From Cetorhinus maximus (Eukaryota), in the NCBI RefSeq assembly GCF_964194155.1, contig NC_135896.1, positions 39,184,001-39,248,000 on the forward strand: a DNA stretch of 64,000 nt. Direction: 5' to 3'. Numbering within the stretch: position 1 is the first letter of the stretch; the number at the start of each line of letters is the position of its first letter. Below the pieces are notes generated by a model. It did not search any database and was not told the DNA's origin. It saw only the letters and a list, made by a program, of their open reading frames with translations. A program made the position numbers and the translations under genes. Of the stretch, positions 12,351-25,479 are shown in pieces.

Positions 12351-15008
12351 AGCTGCATCTCAAACATACTACTTAAAAATATAGGTTATGACAGTTGTTT
12401 AAAGTTTCCCTCTGGGATTTTAAATAACTCAGCTTTACCAACTGCTGTGTCATAACATTAACCAAAATCCAACTGGAGCCATGGAAAAATGTTCAATAGG
12501 AAACTATATCTGCTGAAATTTAAACATGTATTTTTTAAAAATCTATTCATAATTGCTAACTTTTTGAAAGTGTATTTCAACATCAATTGAGCAAATGTTA
12601 GCAGCGTTAAGTTTGGTTTGCCAATTCAAAACAAATATAAATTAGAACAAAATTATTCTTTCCAAAAAAGAATAATTCGGTAAGAAAATTGGTGTAATCT
12701 CAAATTAATTTTGCAAGGTTAATGTAATTTTCTAGAGATTGTATTTGAACTGCCCATTTCAATTTTATCCATGCAACTAATGTGATGAAAAAATTATAAT
12801 AAAGTTGATACATTCATAAAAATTGTCACACAAGTAATATTTCCCAGGAAGCAAGGCAGGTTTGGCCATCTCAGCCAGTTGGTCTTCCATGCACCCAGTT
12901 ATAAAAGATACTGGAAGGAATCGATGACAAGGGCATCTAATCCCCTTTTCCCCCCTGCCCGCACCCCCCCAACCATCCCCCTCTCCCTTAATTGCAAAAT
13001 CATCAAGTTAATCACTCAACAGGACAAATTACTGAAAGAAAAAATGAAACCTAGCCAAATACCTCAATATTAATAGTTAGAAAATTTGAAAAACACGTGA
13101 ATAGAATCCACTGATGGTATGCACAATCTGGATGTTGAATTTAACCCTCATGTAAAAAGAAACAAACCCATGTTGCAGCTACTAGGATCAGCTGCTGTAA
13201 ATTAATTTGTCACAATAATAGTGCTAAAAATCTAAGCTCTCAAATGTTATTCTAAATGAAGGCAATATTTGGATATTGAAATATATTGATTCATTACAAA
13301 ACTGAGGTATTCAAAGATATGTTTTCAGCAATTGCACATTGTAGATATTTTCTTTGATTAATAAATTATTTTATTAGAGAATCCTTTAGTGTTATAATTT
13401 TGGGAAGCTCATAGTTTAGCTAATTAGTATCAAGAATAATGGTAAACATTACAAGCTCATCAAGATCTTTTATATTCTATGTTAGAGAATTGATATGAAA
13501 GCTTAGAATATGGTTGTTACATGTTTCTGCCCACCTGCAGCTTTACTATGTTTCCCGGTGTGAGAGGCTCCTTATCACAGCTGTTTCGCTACTTTATCTG
13601 CTCATATGGTGAATAAACAATCTGTTTATGTGTTATGAGTGTTAAAAACTATTATTCATAGTGATGTAGAATAACAATATACCTGGGAATCGAGATATAG
13701 GCAAACTGCAAGAGCAAACCTTAAGCAATTTATCATTTCTGATGTGTTCCTCTCTAGAAAAAAGGAGAAACTGTTTTTATTTTTTACAATATATGCAAGT
13801 GGAGGTGGTGGGCGGTGGCATGAATGCCAAGCTATTGCAATTGAATCCTTTGATTTGAGCTGCAGGTATATTCAGTTTAATTACACACATTAGAGATACA
13901 GTATACTTAATGTATGTTTTATGAGGGAATATCAACTCTCACTAAAATCAAAAACAAAAATTTATGAGTCTTAATACAAATCCTTACTTTTAAAAACTAT
14001 TTGGCTTTTTTGTTTCTGACAGAGAAGAAAAGACACAATATTAACTCAGTCTAAATGCTCATGATTATAAATGCAAATTATTTTGTTCAAATTGCTGCAA
14101 TGCCCTCATCCATTCCAAATATTAGCGATGCTTTTAACCATAATTCTCAAAGTTGATGATCCATATTCAAAACAACTTTTGATTAAGTCAATATTCAGTG
14201 GTATCCATACAAATAGTTAAAAGTTACTTAAATGAAGTGCATCATCAATTTCGGTAGAAATTCAACTGGGGACACATTGATACTTAAATTACTTGATACA
14301 ACAAATTGAACCAGCCAGTACTTTTGTGGGGTGGGGACAGCCATGATGTAGAGTGTTACATTATTTTGTATTTAATTATTTTAATGTTCATATTTAATGT
14401 GCTTCTTTGTTTTGATTAATTATACTGTATGACTGATCTACTGTAAAATATTGGAGTTGCCATTAAGTAATAGTCAGAATAAACCGACATTTTTCGAAGT
14501 TCCCTTGCTAAATGTTTGAAGCAGTGCGAGATAATTGTGTCACTCTTCCCCCAACCCTATCCTTGTTTAAAATAGCTCATCAATCTTTATATAATTTTAT
14601 AAAAATTGACACATTATGATTCAAATATGTTAAACTCTCCTTTACTTTTATTGAGTGTTATTTGGTATCACTCATACTGCACTTTGATTAAGTACAGTTG
14701 CCCATATGGAATCGCTCTAGCCATGTGTGCTTACACACACCTATTGTCAGACTCTCAAAAATCATGGAAAGATTCGCAAGTGCAGTGTGCAAATGTTTGA
14801 CAAAATGTTATCCAAAAGTAGGCACCCAATGCACCCAAAATCAGAGTGAAGTCTGAGAGTCAAGTCTTTATCTTTGAAATTATCACTTTTGAATGTTATT
14901 TATTCAATATAGCTGTAGTCTTAGGAGAAAGCAACAAAACCAGTGGGACAACATGCTGGCATTCTACATGTGAACTAAGATATTTAAATTCGACTGTCAG
15001 TTAAGGAA

Positions 15009-15196
15009 TGTTCCCTGGAATTTCTCTGCTATGTGCAACTTATTTGTTGCATTGCTTGATCCCTTTAAGGTTACTGCGCAGCCATGCAAATGTGCAACTT
15101 AAAGGGAATGTTGCTTGTGCGCAGCATGTTTGTTCCATGCACAGTACATTCTGGATGGCTACCACAGCTACATACCCGCACAGTTTAGAGGGAACA
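15009..15196. mobile_element. Small palindromic MITE (hAT-like)
   Basis: Terminal inverted repeats TGTTCCCT and AGGGAACA, with an internal inverted repeat CCCTTTAAG...CTTAAAGGG. Confidence 0.5.
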
Positions 15197-15398
15197 CGGG
15201 AGGCTAATTTCAATTCAAATCAAATAGAAATAAAATGCACATTCTACAAAAAAGAAAAAAAAAATCAATCATAGGATGTTCAGTTCCAACACTCCATCCT
15301 ATTACCTATAAAATATTTGCAGCTATGAACCCGGTTGTCTCAGATAATGTCCTGGACATGAATGAACCCTAAGAAAATATAAAAGGGTTGAAAACCAG

Positions 15399-18041
15399 TG
15401 TAGGATCGGAATCCCCTCCAACTGGATTTTATTAAATGTAAAAACCCCAAAGACCTCGCTTCATGGACATAAACATTGCAAAACAAAACAGGCTAAACCT
15501 CAACACAGAGGCAGGCTGTACTGCAAGGGGTTAATCTTCAAATATGTCAACACCGAATCCAAATTGATACTCTGTAAAGATACTGGGACATTATTATCTC
15601 AAAGAGACAAAGCAGGTGCCATCAAACAATCCAGTTAAAGAAACTGGGAGAATGTCACAGCAAGTGGCCCTAGACAAAAGACATCACACAAATAAACATC
15701 GACAACAGCTAAGGAGAAATGGATCTTATCACACGCACACTAACTTGAGATCCAGAGACATCACACTGGGATGGGGTCCATCGTTTTGATTGTGGCAACA
15801 ACATCGTGATGAATGGGTTGTCTGAACCAAGGCAGGAACCAGACTAAAGAGATTAAGGGGTGCTAAGCACCGACCATCCAAGCAGAATGTGCTCCAGGAA
15901 AAGTATTTTGAAACTATAAACAAGATTTGTAATAAAAAGGGGTCTGGCACTGCAGTCACCAAAAAGGATCAGGAACAGTCAACCTGACTCACGGACCTAC
16001 AGCTGACACCGAAACAACCAACTGTGTGGGGAGTTGTAAGTATCAGCCAGATCCACAGATCTTGGGGCTGAGAATTAAGGATAACTTTAAGGGTAGTAAC
16101 TAAATCCTGAAAGGGGATTTGAGTTAGACCAACCAAGTTTTCAGGCAGAAACATGGGGTTTTGCCTGTAGTTCTACTTTTCAGTGGAGTTTTATAAATGA
16201 ATTTGTGGTTTAGAGCTTTGTGTAGCGTCACTACACTAGTTTAGAGCTCTTGTTTTAGGGACAGTGGAAGTGTCCTGTCAATAAATAAGTTTGTAGTTGA
16301 GTCTAAACCTCTGTGTCCCTGTGAGTTTGTCCTTTATAAGATCCTAAATCAAGAACCAACAGCAAGGGTAAACGAGCACTGATTGAACCCCTTACATATC
16401 TGGTGACCGTGGCAGGACTTTAAGGTTAAGGACAAATTATGGACGGGGCTAGGAGCAAGAAATCTTCAATGGAGTAGAGGACATCCGAGTGTGTAGGAGG
16501 TAAATTGAACTTTTCTACATCGTGGGTGCAGGAGTTGAGGAATGCTGCCTGCTCAGGGGAGAAGGTAGCAGAGTGGGCGGTAGTAGTTCACACAAGAAAT
16601 CAAAAGAAAATGCAGTTTGGCTGCTCTGTATGCAGAGACAAAACCAAATTCTAGCAGCGAAACTTAAGCAAGTGCAGGAGGAAAAGGAGGAGTGGGTGAA
16701 CAGGGCAAACGATAGGGAGGCCGTGTTGGGGCAGCTAGCGATAGAATTAAGAAGCAAAAGGCAGGAGAGGAGAGTGCACGAGGAGGCTTCAAGGAATATT
16801 TGCAACGCCAGATTATGGAAAGTAAGAGGGAATGCCAGGCTCAGCGAGAACAAAGTGCCCGGAATCTGGAGAGAGCTGGCAAGGCTGAAGGGCAGCTGAA
16901 AGATAGTAAGACAGCTTACAAGGTGGCAGTCAGACACATGGAGAGGCTGACCACAGGCCCTGTAGGGAAAAGATCTGGAAGCTGACCCTAGCATTATCAG
17001 GGGCCAGAGGTATGGCCAACCTCACGGCACAAGGAGAATGTGGTATAGGCACGGATGAAGTGGGGGAAGAGTCTGATGACGGGGCTCAGAATAGCAGGAG
17101 TCAGCCGGCTCCCGAAGCACCTGGTCCACAAAGATCAATGTTCCCTCTACGATAGCAGAAGTTTGGCCCACCTCCAGTAGGCGGTGGTCCGCCACCATTG
17201 CAAAGTGACTATGTAGTCCCATATACAACCCTCCAGTTGCAGGGGATGCTAGCCAACATGCCAAAGTTAAAAACTGGAGGGGACGTCTCTGCCCACTTTA
17301 CAAATATAGAACAGAAAGGGGAAATTAACAGCTGTGATGAGCACTAGATTAAAAAGCTGATCTTGTTCTCCCTGGACGATGTTATATCAGAGTTTATCAG
17401 CAGCTACTAAGGTAGGGGGTGGAAATGTGAACGGGTTGAAGGATGAGATTTTGATCGCACTGGGACCTGGTCAGGGCAGCATGTTCTTGCAGGTCAAACA
17501 GGCCCAGCAGCCAGTGGGGGAGGCATTGGATGGGTTTGCAGACAGGTCATGGCCTGTGTATCTGAAGGCTACAGGAGGTAACCAGGGTTGGTTACAGCTA
17601 GTGGGGGCCGGTAGAAACCATTGGCTGAGGACCCTGGCATCCCACTGCCTGCCACAGATTAAAATGATGGCAGAGTCATGGTTTGACCCTGAGGACCTGA
17701 CGAATACAGAGGCAGGGGTATTGAGGAAACTGATCCTAGCATTTCAAGCTGACTTGGGGGTGGGGGTGCGGGTAGAAGAGCTCAAGCAGAAGGGTAAAGC
17801 GCATGCAATGAAGTGAGGCCCAGGGGGCAGAAATGAATGGAAGCAGGAAGGGGCTAACATGGACAAAGCATGTTTTAATTGTGGGAAGACTGGATCATGG
17901 AGTATCGGTTTCCGAAAGAGGGTAAACCAGGAAGAGGGGGTTCCCCAGGGTTGAAGTCGCAGGAAATAGAGGTGGAGTCTAAGCGAAAGGAAGCAGAGAG
18001 GGAGAAGGCAGACGACCCAGTAAATGATCGAACCCCTTACT
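15399..18041 (+). mobile_element. LTR retroelement (ERV/Gypsy-like): 5' LTR, PBS, decayed gag; pol and most of the 3' LTR deleted
   Basis: LTR of about 1 kb at 15399-16396 (TGTAGG...CCCCTTACA) with AATAAA near 16280; PBS-like TGGTGACCGTGGCAGGAC at 16401; coiled-coil gag ORF remnants 16522-17816; degenerate zinc knuckle CFNCGKTG near 17870; LTR-end copy GATCGAACCCCTTAC at 18026-18040; 4-bp TSD CCAG (15395-15398, 18042-18045). Confidence 0.8.
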
Positions 18042-18430
18042 CCAGCATAATATAGAGACAGCCAAGGGTCTAAATTCATCAATACTTTTAGCCATTATAT
18101 TTCCAAACATCACTGCCTTCCTTTTATGGTGTTCCCAAAGCATACATTGTGTCTGAAATCTTAAATGACGTTGTAATGAAATATCAAATACACTGTCAAG
18201 CGTTCATTACATTACTATCCTTATGTAAGGAACACTTACTATTTAATTTTCTTTGAAAATTTGAAAAATCTAGTTAAATCAGTTACATAATCTTATGATA
18301 TGGACTTTAACCTTCCTGAAATTGTTAAATATACTAGTAGCCTGAACAATTCTTCTAAATTATTACAAATAGTGCAAAGCATGAGTCACAAAAGCACAAA
18401 AACTATACACTTCATGCAGTGAACTGCTGT

Positions 18431-19777
18431 TCAGTATTCCCATTCATCTGTTTTCATGTCTAAATAATTCAGAATATTCTGGGCAAATTTCACTGCTTGT
18501 TTTCTGGCAACCTTCGCACCATCATTCCCTTGGGTTTCCACTGCATCAAGTGCAAGGAGTTGCTTTGTGAGCATTTCTTCCAGTCTCACGTAATTCTTGT
18601 CTGTTCTGTCTCCATCAAATGACAGTACCTGCTTCTGAAATTCTGACAAATGGCTCAGGACCTGCCATACAGCTTTCTGTGAAGGATGCTCATCTTTAAG
18701 CTGTTCTTCCATGTTCTCTCTCTTTCCAAGTGTCTCCTTCAGGTCAACATAAGCTATCACGGCCTGCACATCAACTACGGATCTTCTCCTAGCTTCACGG
18801 ATACATGGATTTTTACCAATGTCTATTTTATCTAATTCGGTGAGAAGACTTTGCAGCTCTGCCTTTGATTTGAAATGGAGATCAGAGACATTTTCTAATT
18901 GCAGCAGCTGTTGTTTCAATTGTGTCGTCTTCTGGCGTATTTCTTCTATCTGTTTGATGGATTGATTTTGTGCTAAATCATAACTCCCTGCAGCCTCGCC
19001 TTCCGATTCTATCTCCAAGTGTTCTAGTAAACAATTGATTTCGTGCACTACACGTTTCCGGTAGTTTCTCACTTCTGAGTGTCCAGTCACATCTGCAGCA
19101 TCCAATTGCATCAACAACCCTGTGAGGATACGGGACAGATGTGCACAGTTCTCCAAAGCATTTAGGTTCATGAGCAAGCCAATCACATCCCATCTTGCTT
19201 TGCTAACCTCACACAAAACAGAGTCGATCTTGGGAACAGAAGGATGCGTATCTGTGGACAGAGGCAAAGATAACGCTTGCCGACCAATACAGTTTTCAAT
19301 GATGTCCTGCACTGCACAAATCCTGGTCAAAGCTCGATACCTAGCTTTCCTCAAACTAAGTTTTCCTCCTGTTTTTACCTGTGTCAGTTGAAATATGATT
19401 TCTTGGATGCGATCAGCAAATTCCTCAGTTATCAAACCCCCAGCTGAAGATAACTCATTGGTAACCAACTGTTGTGCATCACCGAAGACCTTTTCCACCT
19501 TCAGCCGAGATGGATGAGTTGCAATTTGCTCTAGCTCTTTGAGAAGTCCCTCCACATCCTTCACTGCACTTTTGCGGCCATGCTGGATATCAGACTTGCC
19601 GTCAGTATCTACTGCATCTAAGTCAAACAGCAACTTGGTCAAAGTGCTCTCCAGACGCTTGTATTCTCTATCAGACTGTGTACCGCTGAACGAAAGTACA
19701 AGTCGCCTAGATTCATGGATTTCCTTCTGAATTTCTTGGATTCTAATCATGGAAGGATGTTGTTGACCCATGGCCAT
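18431..19777 (-). CDS. BAG5: BAG family molecular chaperone regulator 5 (single coding exon, 448 aa)
   Basis: Intact ORF. N-terminus MAMGQQHPSMIRIQEIQ and C-terminus AVKFAQNILNYLDMKTDEWEY match vertebrate BAG5; repeated BAG motifs (LEEMLTKQLLALDAVETQG...ARKQAV). Splice acceptor tttgcttcaatttcAG ends at 19810, so the exon starts at 19809. Confidence 0.97.
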   Translation of the reverse strand: MAMGQQHPSMIRIQEIQKEIHESRRLVLSFSGTQSDREYKRLESTLTKLLFDLDAVDTDGKSDIQHGRKSAVKDVEGLLKELEQIATHPSRLKVEKVFGDAQQLVTNELSSAGGLITEEFADRIQEIIFQLTQVKTGGKLSLRKARYRALTRICAVQDIIENCIGRQALSLPLSTDTHPSVPKIDSVLCEVSKARWDVIGLLMNLNALENCAHLSRILTGLLMQLDAADVTGHSEVRNYRKRVVHEINCLLEHLEIESEGEAAGSYDLAQNQSIKQIEEIRQKTTQLKQQLLQLENVSDLHFKSKAELQSLLTELDKIDIGKNPCIREARRRSVVDVQAVIAYVDLKETLGKRENMEEQLKDEHPSQKAVWQVLSHLSEFQKQVLSFDGDRTDKNYVRLEEMLTKQLLALDAVETQGNDGAKVARKQAVKFAQNILNYLDMKTDEWEY

Positions 19778-20239
19778 ATTCTCTTTTTCCCTAATGAGTC
19801 ATAGTGGGTCTGAAATTGAAGCAAAACATGTGGTCAAGGGTCACTTCTTGGCATCAGACCTGAACTGTACTTATTGTTGCCTCCAGAATTAAACTGCTAT
19901 CAAGTGGAGGACCTGTAAATTGGCTACTGCTCCATCAATACATTTAGTAAATGTAACGACGCATGTTCCTTGCATGGTCAGAAATTGTAACAATTAACTA
20001 TACCTAGCATTTGACTCTGGCATGTTGGGGCAAAATTCTGAGGTAAACCCAACCAATTTCTGTGGCAACAGAATCTAGATTTTGCAGCAAGTTGACCCAG
20101 GATTTTAAAACATCACAAATATTTTTTTAGAAAAATGATGGTGCTGAGCCTTAAGAGTCTGTGTGCTATTTAAACTGGAATAGGTACCACATATACTAAT
20201 CTCTGCCTCCTATCCCTCAGCCAATTTCACGCACATTGC

Positions 20240-23200
20240 CATTGTACCTTTAATATCATGTGCTTCTCCTTTTGAATAAATCTGTTATGCAGTACCCTAT
20301 CAAATGCTTTTTCAAAGTGTATAGGTACAATATCTACTACATTACCTTCATCAATCCTCTCTGCTACTTCATCAAATAACTCAATCAGGTTAGGCAGACA
20401 GAATTAACTAACAGTTAACCTAAATGGGTCGCCACTCAAACTTCCTTCCTTTTAACTATCTTAGTCATAATGTCCCAATCATTCAGATTGTTTTCCCAGA
20501 AGAACCTTAACCAGTAGAAAAGACGACAACTCTTCTTTCATATCCCAACTACTGAATCAAACACAAGATCATTGATTAGCATTCTTTGGCATTTTTTGCT
20601 AATCATCTCGGGACCATTGTTGCTCACCATTTACATAAAGCTATTTGGGCTCAGGAATTACATAGGATTTCTTAGGATATACGGCACAGAAACAGGCCAT
20701 TTGGCCCAACTAGTCCATGCTGGTGTTTATGCTCCACTCGATCCTCCCCTTATCTTCTGTCATCTAAATGTACCATCATTACCATCTATTCACTTACCCC
20801 TCATATGTCTAATTTCCCCTGAAATGCATCTATATGATTCATTTCAACCACTCCCAGTTGCAGCAGGCCAGACATTCTTAGCGGCATTTGGATGAAGTTT
20901 CTTCTGAATTGCATATTGTATTTCCTGGTGACTATCATATATTGGTGGATTCTAGTATGCTCTTCCCCACGATAACAAACATAATTTTTGTGTTCATTCT
21001 ATCAAAACCTTTCATAATGTTAAAGACCTCTATTAGGTCGCCCACAGCCTTCTTTTTCAGAGAAAAAAGACCCAGCCTGTCAATCCTTTCCTGATCTGTA
21101 TACCCACGCATTTCTGGTATCATTCTTGTAAATCTTCTCTGAAACCTCTCCAGTGCCTCTATATCCTCTTCGTAACATGTGAACCAGAACTGCACACAGT
21201 AGTCTTAAGTATGGTCAAACCAATGTTCAATACAGGTTTAGCATAACTTCCCCACTTTTAATTCTATTCTTCTAGAAATAAAGCCTAGTACTTGGTTTGC
21301 CTTTTTGTAAAAAAAAAAATGGCCTCGCTAACCTGCAACGAAATTTGTAGTGATTGGTGCATTTGTATTTTGATTCCTTTCTTCCTACCAAAATGTGCTA
21401 CCTCACATTTATCTGAGTTGAGCTTCAATTGCCAATCGCTTGCCCATTCAACAAGTTTATGTTCTCTTGTAACATGTCGCAGTCCTCCTCAAAATTGACT
21501 ATTCACCCCTCTCCCAATTTGATGTCATCCACAAATTATATTTTTGATTTCAAAGTTCAAATAGTTACTGTAAATTGTGAACAGCAGTGATGCCAACATG
21601 GATTCTTGTGGAACACCACTTCCCATCTTCTGCCACTCTGAAGATCTACCCTTTATTCCCACTCTTCTGCTTGCTGTCTTAAAGCCAGCCAGAAATCCAT
21701 TCTGCCACTTGTTCCCCTGACTGCAAAACAATTATTTAATATTTCAGTAATTTCTTTATTGTTACCTGTGATATTATCCTGTCTATCCCTTAGTGGTTCT
21801 ATTCCCATCACAGTTTTCCTTTTTTATTGAAGTGCCTGTAAAATATTTTACTCTTTTCTGTTACGTTCTTTGATAATTTAATTCTATGGTTTCTATTTGT
21901 CTTCCTAATTGACGGCCCCTCCTAATCTCTTCAGATTCTCTGATTTTGCACTCTTCTGCGATCTATGTAATTAATGCAAGCCTTTTTCCTAACCCTCAAT
22001 TGTTCCCTTCTGTCTTTATTCGTCCATGGAATCCCACTAGTGTTTAGTTTGCTGTTTCCTTTTAGAGGAATATTTTGTCCTTGCACTCTGTTGAAATATT
22101 TTAAATGCTCCCAACAGTTGTTCAATATCACTGTTTGCCAATATAGTTGCCCATTTATTTGCCTAAGTTCTATTCTCAGCCCTTCAACTTCAGCTTTTCT
22201 CCAATTTATTAACTCGGTTTTTGTCATGCTAATGTCTTTCACTACCATTATCTTAAAGAATGTTATATTACAGTCACTATTGCCTGGATGTTCCCCTATC
22301 TTTGCCTCTCTTATTTGCTTTGGTTTATTTCCCATTCCCAGACCCAATAGTAAATCATCCCTTGTTGGCTTTTTCGATACTGGGTCAGAAAGGAGACCTG
22401 TACGCATTGCAGGGACTCCATTCCCTTTTCCCTGCCTCTTCCGTCCAATTAATATCAGGGTAGTTGAAATTCCCCATGATTATGTTTTTTTTACTCAATT
22501 CCCTAATTTGTCTGCATATTTCTTCCTCCAATTCCCTTCTATTGCCATTGTTATCCTAAATAAGTAGTGACTCCACTTTCCTGTTTTCCTTCTCTATCTT
22601 TCCTAAATATGTTATACCCTGTAATGTTTAATTCCCAGTCCTGGTTTTCCTGTAGCCACGTCTCAGTAATCCTACTATGTCTGACATGATTGCTTCCAGC
22701 TCTCCTGTTTTATTACATGCTATGTATGCATTGCTGCACAGGCATTTTAACTCAACATTAATAGATTTCCCCTCAATTTATGTTTAACCATTTTTAGACT
22801 TCCATTCTATAAATATATTTATTCCCTTGCCATCAAGGTCCTCCCTTATGCTATTCTTTCCTCTGCTCAACTGCCTGATGTGTTTACATTTAGGCTGTTT
22901 CTTGTAGATCCCTCCTCACCCCCTTACTAGCTTAAAGCCTTCACCACTTCCTTTCCACCAGGGCATGGGTTGCATAACCTTGTTCAGGTGGAGCCCATCC
23001 GATTGGCACAGCTTTTCCCTGTCCCAGAACTGATGTCAGTGTGCCATGAAAAGGAACCACATTTTCCCACTCCAGCCCTTTAGCCAAGTGTTAATTGTCC
23101 TGATCTGTCTGCTCTTACGCTAATTTGCATGTAGCTCAGGCAATGATCCAGAGATTATTACCCTTGAGATCCTGCTTTTTAAATTTAGAACTAACTCCTG

Positions 23201-23800
23201 ATACTCTTTCAGCAGGACCATCTCCCCATTCCTATCTACACTGTTTGTTCCAACAGGGATGATGACAAATGGATTTACTCCCACCCTTTTCTAGTTCCTC
23301 TCTAGCCATCATGAGATATCCCTTACCCTGGCACCAGTAGACGACATACCCTTTGGAATTCTTGTTCTTGGCTGCAGACAAGGCTATCCATTTCCCTAAT
23401 TATATACAGTCCCCTCTTTCTACCACATTTCTATTCTGCTCTCCCCATTGGGACAACCTTCTAAGCAATGGTGCCTTGATCTGCATTGTGGCCTACCTCC
23501 CTGCAATCTTTCTCCCTGCCCTCACAGGTAGCAAGTACATTGCACCTGTTGGACAGAACTAGTGCCTGCAGAACCTTCTTCTCAAACTTTCCTAAAACTC
23601 TTTTAACCGGTTCCCTGACAGTCACACCTTTCCTGAACCTGTGTTTTCCCTGAGGTGTGACTTTATTCAGGTTAAAGCTGCCCAGAAATTCCTCCGCTCC
23701 CTTGTGTTGGAGTCTGACTCTGAGTTGGAGAGATTCGAGATGAACACATCTCTTGCAGATGTGTTAGCTCAAGACAGTTGTGCTACCCGCAAACTCCCAC
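20240..23800 (-). mobile_element. Decayed CR1 LINE(s): 3' tail, RT, endonuclease and ORF1 remnants
   Basis: ORFs QFW..YEEDIEALERFQRRFTRMIP (20935-21195), SGVPQESMLASLLF (21525-21731) and the endonuclease end KPTRDDLLL...GEHPGNSD (21931-22407). Confidence 0.8.
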
Positions 23801-23819
23801 AATGTGCAGTCCAGCCACA

Positions 23820-24890
23820 ATGCAGATGTACAATTTCAAAATCTGCAAATGACACTAAAGGGGTGTAGGTAATGCAAAGGAGAAACTTGGCAAAATACAG
23901 GAAGACATTAATAAATCTGCAAAATAAACGAGTGTGTAATTGGAAAATTAATTTAAATAAAAACAAGTGTGAGGTGGTACATTTTGGTAGGAAGTTTAAG
24001 GGGGGCACATGTTCCTTGGAAAATAAGTGTCTAAATAGAGTAGAGGAGCAGAGGAATCTGGAGCTCCATTTACACAGATCACTAAAAGCAGTGATGCTGG
24101 TTAATAAGGCCATAAGAAAGGAAAGCATTGGGGTTCATTTCTAGAGAGAGACAACAGAAGAGCAGAGAAAATTAAAACAAAATATGGACACTGGAAAACT
24201 AAAATAAAAAACAGAAAATGCTGGAAATACTTAGCACAGTCCAGATGAAAGGTCATCAACCTGAATGTTAGCTCTGCTTTTCTCTCTCCATAGATATTGC
24301 CAGATCTGCTGAGTATTTCCAGCATTTTCTGAAAAGCAGAAAAATTACGTTAAACTTGAATAGAATCTTGGCCAGGTCGCATTTGGAGTACTGTACACAG
24401 TTCTCATCTCCAGGGTAAGAATATAAAACACTGGAAAAAAAGTGCAAAAAATATTTACTGGAATGATACCAGAACTGAGAGCTTATACCCATCAGGAAAA
24501 ATTGAACAGGATGGGGTTCTTTTCTCTAGAAAAGAGAAGATCGAGGGATTACCCGATAGAGATCTTCAAGATTCTGAAAGGGTTTGACAGGGTAGACTTG
24601 AAGATGTTTCCATTTGTGGGGGCGATAAATATAAGACAGTCACTAATAAAATGATTAGGGAATTCAGGAGAAACTTCTTTTCTCAGAGCAGTTCCACATA
24701 GGGTAGTTCCACAGGAGTAGCTGAGGCAATTAGTATAGATGAATTTAAGGGGAAGTTAGATAAACACATGAGTGAGAAAGAAATAGAAGGATATGTTGAT
24801 GGAGTTAGAAAGGTAGGTGGCAGCTCGTAAGGAGCATAAACACAGGCATGGACCTGTTGGGCCAAATTGCCAGTTTCTGAGCTGTAAATA
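23820..24890 (+). mobile_element. CR1 3' fragment interrupted by an inverted PLE terminal fragment (about 24170-24330)
   Basis: ORFs KCEVVHFGRK...LHLHRSLK (23872-24144) and FTGMIPELR...GFFSLEKRR (24442-24654). Confidence 0.75.
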
Positions 24891-25479
24891 CTGTATAATA
24901 CTTAGAAATACTGTGATTTCTCTAACAAATCCATGCTGTTTGTCCATTATTAACCCATGGTTCTCCAAGTGAGAATTAATTTTATCCTTGACAGTAGTCT
25001 CCTGTAGTTTACCTGGCCCTGACATTAGACTGCTTGACCTGAAGTTACCAGGATTATCCCTCTTCCCTTTTATGAACAGGGATACAGTACTTGGAATCCT
25101 CCAGTTCTGTGGCAACATGCCCATTTTCAAGAATTAAAAGATTATTATCATAGTGTCTGCTATTTGTATCCGAGCTTTCCTCAGGAACCTAGGGTGCATC
25201 TCATTGTGACTGGATGACTTGTTAATTTTAAGTGATGCCAGCCTATTCAGAGCCTCCTTTCTAAATATTTTTATACTATCCAATCTCCTCCACTTCAATA
25301 TTAACTCCATTTTCTTTTGTGAAGACAGTTAAGTGTATTCATTCAGTACAAGTCATGCCCTATCTCCAAAAGATATCTTGATTGTCCCCAGTTGACCCAC
25401 CATTCCTTGAACTATCCTTTTACTTTTTATATGTTTATAAAAGATTTTTAGGTTCCTTTTTATGTTAGCTTTTATGAAT

